Of a stretch of DNA of 64,000 nucleotides, positions 60,001-64,000 are shown in pieces. The DNA is from Macrostomum lignano (taxonomy: Eukaryota): NCBI GenBank assembly GCA_002269645.1, contig NIVC01003356.1:38615-102614 (forward strand), in the 5' to 3' direction. Both the position numbers and the translations under genes were made by a program. The number at the start of each line of letters is the position of its first letter. Within the stretch, counting starts at the first letter, position 1. A model generated the notes under the pieces. It was given only the letters and a program-made list of their open reading frames with translations, did no database searches and was not told where the DNA came from.

Positions 60001-61605
60001 GAGAAAGGGCAATGGCAGCTTGACTGATTTAAAAGCATTTGCTGAGATGTTGCACCCATTCAGAGAGGTTTTCCCTGAGTTGTACAAGCTTTTCATCATA
60101 TGCTTGACTATTCCAGTAACAACAGCATCAGCGGAGCGCAGTTTTTCGAAAATGCGCCTGATCAAGACGTACTTGAGAAGTCGAATGTCATCTTCTTGAC
60201 TTTCGAATCTGGCTCTTTTGTCGATTGAAAATGAGCGAGCATCAATAATTGATCTTGACTGTTTTGTTGATGAATTTGCGTCTGCCCATTCTAATAGGCG
60301 AATAAGTCTAACATAATTTTATGACTTATTTTGCTCGCTAAGACAATTTACATTTGCTACGGCCACTTGACTAATGTATGTACATGTATAGTATTACAGT
60401 ATATGTATGTTGCTTTTACGTTTTTATTCTGTACATACTTCATTTATGTACGTTACATTACTTGTCATTTTTCACTTCATTGTCATTGCTACTAATTGCT
60501 ACCTGTTTCATGTATCGTTCAAAGGTATACGAATGTACGTGTGTATGCACATTGATCGAATTGGCTGATTTGTTTTAAATTATGTATATATATTAAATAA
60601 TATGTATATATGCATGCATTCATGTTAAGGTCTGTTGTTATGTTATGTACCGGTATGGTGATTGTGATGAAGTGGGTGGTAAAGTGTTATTGTAAATTCA
60701 TATTCAAGTTCATTCTACGCTGACGTGTTTTCACTAAACCTATCATCAATCATCAAATGTACTTTATGCACCATGCATGCATACTCAGCAAGACAAGTGT
60801 CCCCATCCGTTTCTTAGGAGAATTTTGTCTCTCAGTTGAGTGGCGAATTAATCCAACAGTTCGACCATAGACAAATTACAATTACAAAAACTGTCTATCC
60901 ATAGATATCTAGCTTAGATTTCTATGGTCTGGTCTATCAGACTCTATCTCGATGTATCTCAATGCGCATACATGTATCAGAATAAATGTCTGTGGCCCAG
61001 AGTCTCCAATTTGTCACCAAGGACAACTTGATAACTGTTATCAAGTTGTCCTTGTTTGTCACTCAAACAGAGAGATGAAATTCTGTCAAGAGAAGTGTGG
61101 AAAATTTTGTCTTGCTGGGTATATATCTATTATTAATGAGGTCATTGAAGAATGCATAAAAATTTTAAACGTCGGCATTTCTTATTTTTTATAATAATGA
61201 AGGTTCAATGTGTAGTAAATGCATGAAATCTTCCAAAGGAGTAACCAACGGAGTTTTTTGACGAGAATCTGCTGGAAAAAGTAACATGCATGCATTTGTG
61301 TTTAAAGTCTTCCAATTACAAAACTAAACAACTTGACAAAGCAAAAAATATTCAAAAGCATTTTCTTGGGCAAAAAAAACAAGAACCATTTAGTGATTTA
61401 GAATGTTCGTTTTTCTTAAATTAACTAAACAATTGCAATCATTCATTGCGAGGTATTTTTGGATGTCATTTTTGCTTTTCGATGAAAATTTTCTCTTACA
61501 ATACTTGTAATTAAAAAATGTACACTCTATTCGAGATGTTGCCCTTTCAGTTTTTACTGGGCCCCAACTGGGCCCCCCCATCCTGAAACCTCTGACGCGC
61601 CCCTG
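57032..61605 (+). mobile_element. Full-length hAT DNA transposon (4574 bp)
   Basis: TIRs CAGTGGCGCGTC and GACGCGCCCCTG (1 mismatch); perfect 8-bp TSD ATTTACTT at 57024-57031 and 61606-61613; GC-rich subterminal GGGCCCCCC motifs; internal transposase. Confidence 0.95.
57692..60316 (+). pseudogene. hAT transposase (ZMYM1-like/TTF zinc-finger type); join(57692..58061,58209..60316), two in-frame stops
   Basis: Intron GTAAGT..CCACAG. Motifs: WFETYKWLEY..AFCFPCRHF (TTF-type Zn finger), VIVDE, GQGYDGA, CYAH, TRW, TTASAERSFS (hATC). TAG at 59174-59176 and TGA at 60197-60199, with in-frame continuation after both. Confidence 0.88.
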
Positions 61606-62249
61606 ATTTACTTTGATTATAAGCAAGCAACAAGCTTTGTGGCAAAGTGCTATCAAATTGTTTTATGTGATGATGCCTCTAATTTTTAAGACAATCTAAT
61701 TACAATTTGAGATTAGATTAGCAACAGTTTACTACATATAAGTAACAATCCAATGCCAAGGCCACATCTATTATAAGCTAGGAAGTGGTTGCCCACAATC
61801 TGCTTAGGCCTACATTGCTAAGACAATTGCTATTGTGAAAGCCATGATTTGCCATGATCCTTGGACTTGGCAGCTGAGCATAGAATGGTGCCAATATCTG
61901 TCAATGCATAGACTAGTAAAGGCTGACTGGTACTGGCACTCTGTGGTTTGCAAGACTTAGCCACTTGTCATTAAGGTACAGTTGTACAAAAGGTAAAGCA
62001 AGTTTAACAATATGATTTTAGTTTAACAAGTTGATTTGTTAGTTTAACATGTTGTTTTAGTTCTAGTTTAACAAGATGATTTGTTAAACTAGATCAAAGA
62101 CTATGATTCTAGTTAGACTATTGTCTTTTAGATAAGACAAGATTTTCATTTTTAGTATATGGACTAGCAATCTTTGCCCCCCAATGGGGGACATCTGGAT
62201 AGAATATTTGTTTTCTTTACAAGTAACAAATAGACAACAAAAAAATAAC

Positions 62250-62605
62250 AGACATTTCCTCCAAAAAAACATCCCAAGACAGCAAGCATCTCCAGACAGC
62301 ATGCAAGCATCTCCCAGATAGCAAGGATATCTCAGATAGCAAGCATCCCCCAAATAGCAAACATCCCCCAGATAGCAAGCATCCCCAGATAGCAAGCCCT
62401 TCTACCCCAAATACAATAGCAAGCACCCCCAAATACAATCTCAAGAGCATGTTCCAGATAGCAAGCATCACCCAGATAGCAACCCCTCTCCAAAAATAGC
62501 AAGTACCCCTCCCAAAAATAGCAAGTACCCCTCCCCTCTAAGAGCAAGCTTCTTGCCTCCCTAATATCAAGCATCCCCAGATAGCATGCAAGCATACCCC
62601 AGATA
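62250..62605. repeat. Degenerate 18-bp repeat (CAGATAGCAAGCATCCCC)
   Basis: Directly visible. Confidence 0.85.
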
Positions 62606-62614
62606 GCAAGAATC

Positions 62615-64000
62615 ATGTTTGACATGGTTGCTCTTTTATGCTTGACATAGTGGCTCTTTAATGTTTAACATGGAGTCACGTATACTTTTGACATAGTCAC
62701 GTATATGTTTGACATGGAGTCACGTATATATTTGGCATGGAGTCACATATATGTTTTACATGGTGGCTCTTTTATAGTTGACATGGTGGCTCTTTTATGT
62801 TTGATGTGGTGGCTTTTTAATGTTTGACATGGTGTCGCTTCAATGTTTAACATGGAGTCATATATGTTTGACAAGGTGGCTCTTGAATGTTCGACATGGA
62901 GTCATGTAGGTTTGACATGGTGGCTCTTTAATGTTTGAAATGGTGGCTCTTTAATGTTTGACATGGTAGCTCTTTTATGTTCGACATGGTGGCTCTTTTA
63001 TATTCGACATGGTGGCTCTTTTAGGTTTGACATGGTGGCTTTGAAATGTTTGACATGGTGGCTCTTTAATGTTGACATGGTGGCTCTTAAATGTTTGACA
63101 TGGTGGCTCTTAAATTTTTGACATGGTGGCTCTTCTAATGTTCTTCATGGTGGCTATTAATTATTCTACATGGGGCTCTTTTATGTTCGACATGGTGGCT
63201 CTCTAATGTTTGACATGGTAGCTCTTTTATGTTTCACATGGAGTCACGTATATGTTTGACATGTTGGCTCTTTTATGTTTGACATGGAGTCACGTATATG
63301 TTTGACATGTTGGCTCTTTTATGTTTGACATGGTGGCTCTCTAATGTTTGACATGGTAGCTTTTTTATGTTTAACATGGAGTCACGTATATGTTTGACAT
63401 GTTGGCTCTTTTATGTTTGACATGGTAGCTATTTAGTGTTTGACATGGTGGCTCTTTAATTTTCGACATAGTGGCTCTTCAATGTTTGACATGGTGGCTC
63501 TTTAATGTTTGACATGGAGTCACGTATATGTTTGACATGGTGGCTCTTTAATGTTTGACATAGTGGCTCTTTAATGTTTGACATGGTAGCTTTTTTATGT
63601 TTGACATGAGGTCACATATATGTTTGACATTGAGTCACATATGTTTGACATGGTAGCTCTTTTATGTTTGACATGGAGTCACATATATGTTTGACATGGT
63701 GGCTCTTTTATGTTTGACATGGTGGCTCTTTAATGTTTGACATAGTGGCTCTTTAATGTTCAACATGGTCGCTCTTTATGTTTGACATGGAGTCACATAT
63801 ATGTTTGACATGGTGGCTCTTTTATGTTCAACATGGCTCTTCTATGTTTGCCATGGGAGCCCTTTTACATTTGAAATGGTGTCTCTGTTATGTTTGACAT
63901 GGTGGCTCTTAATGTTTGACATGATGGCTCTTAACATTTGACATGGTGGCTTTTTATGTTTGACATGGTGGCTCTTTTATGTTTGACATAGTGGCTTTTT
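62615..64000. repeat. 22-23-bp minisatellite (TGTTTGACATGGTGGCTCTTTTA / TGTTTGACATGGAGTCACGTATA), runs off the window
   Basis: Two interleaved unit variants. Confidence 0.95.

Overview
Eukaryotic (animal) genomic DNA with spliceosomal GT-AG introns and about 40 minisatellite arrays. The style resembles a repeat-rich invertebrate such as a free-living flatworm (inference only). Hand-spliced gene models: (1) an intronless class A peptide-type GPCR (minus, 17815-19041); (2) LHPP, a HAD phosphatase (plus, 4 exons, 19636-41510, 275 aa); (3) an ETS1/2-Pointed-class transcription factor (minus, 5 coding exons, 35897-22794, about 535 aa) nested entirely in the 19-kb intron 2 of LHPP; (4) cytosolic valyl-tRNA synthetase (minus, 8 exons, 54920-45129, 1240 aa) with an unexpected GST-like (eEF1B-gamma/EPRS-type) domain at its C-terminus. 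Mobile elements: a 5'-truncated RTE-like retrotransposon with a 12-bp TSD (418-1927), a full-length hAT transposon with TIRs, an 8-bp TSD and two nonsense codons (57032-61605), and a probable foldback/MITE with inverted 14-bp arrays (5294-6507). Most long ORFs in the supplied track are tandem-repeat artefacts. The best candidate for new biology is the ValRS-GST fusion. Next are the nested LHPP/ETS locus, the inverted satellite arrays around LHPP exon 2, and the intron-specific satellites. All homology calls are from motif recognition, not database searches, and repeat boundaries are approximate.
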